A DNA stretch of 63,672 bases, counting the filler, from Octopus bimaculoides (lineage: Eukaryota): NCBI RefSeq assembly GCF_001194135.2. It is 5 parts of 5 records of this genome, joined end to end, with 100 filler letters (N's around TTAATTAATTAA, not from the genome) between each part and the next. Parts side by side here need not be neighbours in the genome. Positions count along the whole stretch, not along the records: positions 58,784 to 63,672 come from NC_068982.1; 4 more parts are not named here. One strand, written 5' to 3'. Numbering within the stretch: the stretch's first letter is position 1; every line of letters starts with the position of its first letter. Made by a program: the position numbers and the translations under genes. Shown piece by piece: positions 63,246 through 63,672 of this stretch. Under the pieces are notes generated by a model. It was given only the letters and a program-made list of their open reading frames with translations. It had not been told where the DNA came from and ran no database searches.

Positions 63246-63672
63246 GTGGTGCATAAAGGTGCGAATACACCTTATTGTAAATATACTGTGTATCGAAAGC
63301 TAGTTTTATCATGTCAGAAGAAAGTAATTCAACAGCGCGGGTTGATGAACCGTAAGACGTGTGGCCAGAACCTCCGGGAAAATAACCACAGCGAGGGACA
63401 TTCCACAGTTGAATTAGAACAGTCACAAACAGTGATAGGCGTGAAGAAGACAAAGATTAAGTGTCCGAAAGCAAATGACGCAGCAAGTTATAAAAAATTC
63501 GACAACGAGGTATCAAGAATGACCACCAAATTCAAAGCCGACGACGAACAAAAGCTCGAGAACCTGGCTTATACAATCTACCAGGAAGGAGAGAAAAGAT
63601 TTGGACTGGAAACAACAGGAAAGGTAGAATCACCGGCAAAGAGCGGACCATCGAGGAGAGAAAGACGGATTG
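63246..63672 (+). mobile_element. N-terminal ORF region of a Hero/NeSL-like (restriction-like endonuclease) non-LTR retrotransposon, cut by the window end
   Basis: Stop-free frame from 63246 to the end (absent from the ORF track): ..SCQKKVIQQRGLMNRKTC...KIKCPKANDAASYKKFDNEVS...EQKLENLAYTIYQEGEKRFG...GPSRRERRI, resembling the Hero-type IKWPKAN...FDEDV...ERFG...NRR pattern as I recall it. Confidence 0.6.

Noticed and set aside
1-63672. CRISPR arrays, rRNA or intact tRNA genes, prokaryotic systems
   Set aside because: No regularly spaced repeat-spacer array, rRNA-like segment or complete cloverleaf was seen; tRNA-like boxes occur only as SINE heads.

Overview
Gapped, AT-rich, microsatellite-dense animal genomic scaffold. 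The SINE and LINE families look like those of octopus (cephalopod), an inference from recalled repeat sequences. One host coding exon is supported: the first coding exon of FBXO45 (F-box + SPRY; ATG 23646, donor CAG|GTAAGT at 24218/24219). I could not find the expected ~60-aa C-terminal exon in the called bases. The rest is mostly decayed mobile DNA: an RTE LINE, a Tigger/pogo element carrying a MITE with a palindromic telomere-repeat core, a three-level nest (piggyBac-type MITE inside a Gypsy LTR element inside a LINE), three mariner remnants, a hAT remnant, Helitron pieces, at least six Penelope-like (PLE) remnants, many SINEs, several foldback elements and the start of a Hero/NeSL-like retrotransposon at the window end. 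The most notable unannotated signal is a set of minimal type I hammerhead-ribozyme motifs, mostly tied to PLE termini (18148, 35922, 39085, 40238, 44840, 46804); three keep both conserved core strands. Structures were paired by eye and protein families were assigned from remembered motifs; no searches were run. Most long ORFs in the supplied track are artefacts of N-gaps or (CA/TG)n tracts.
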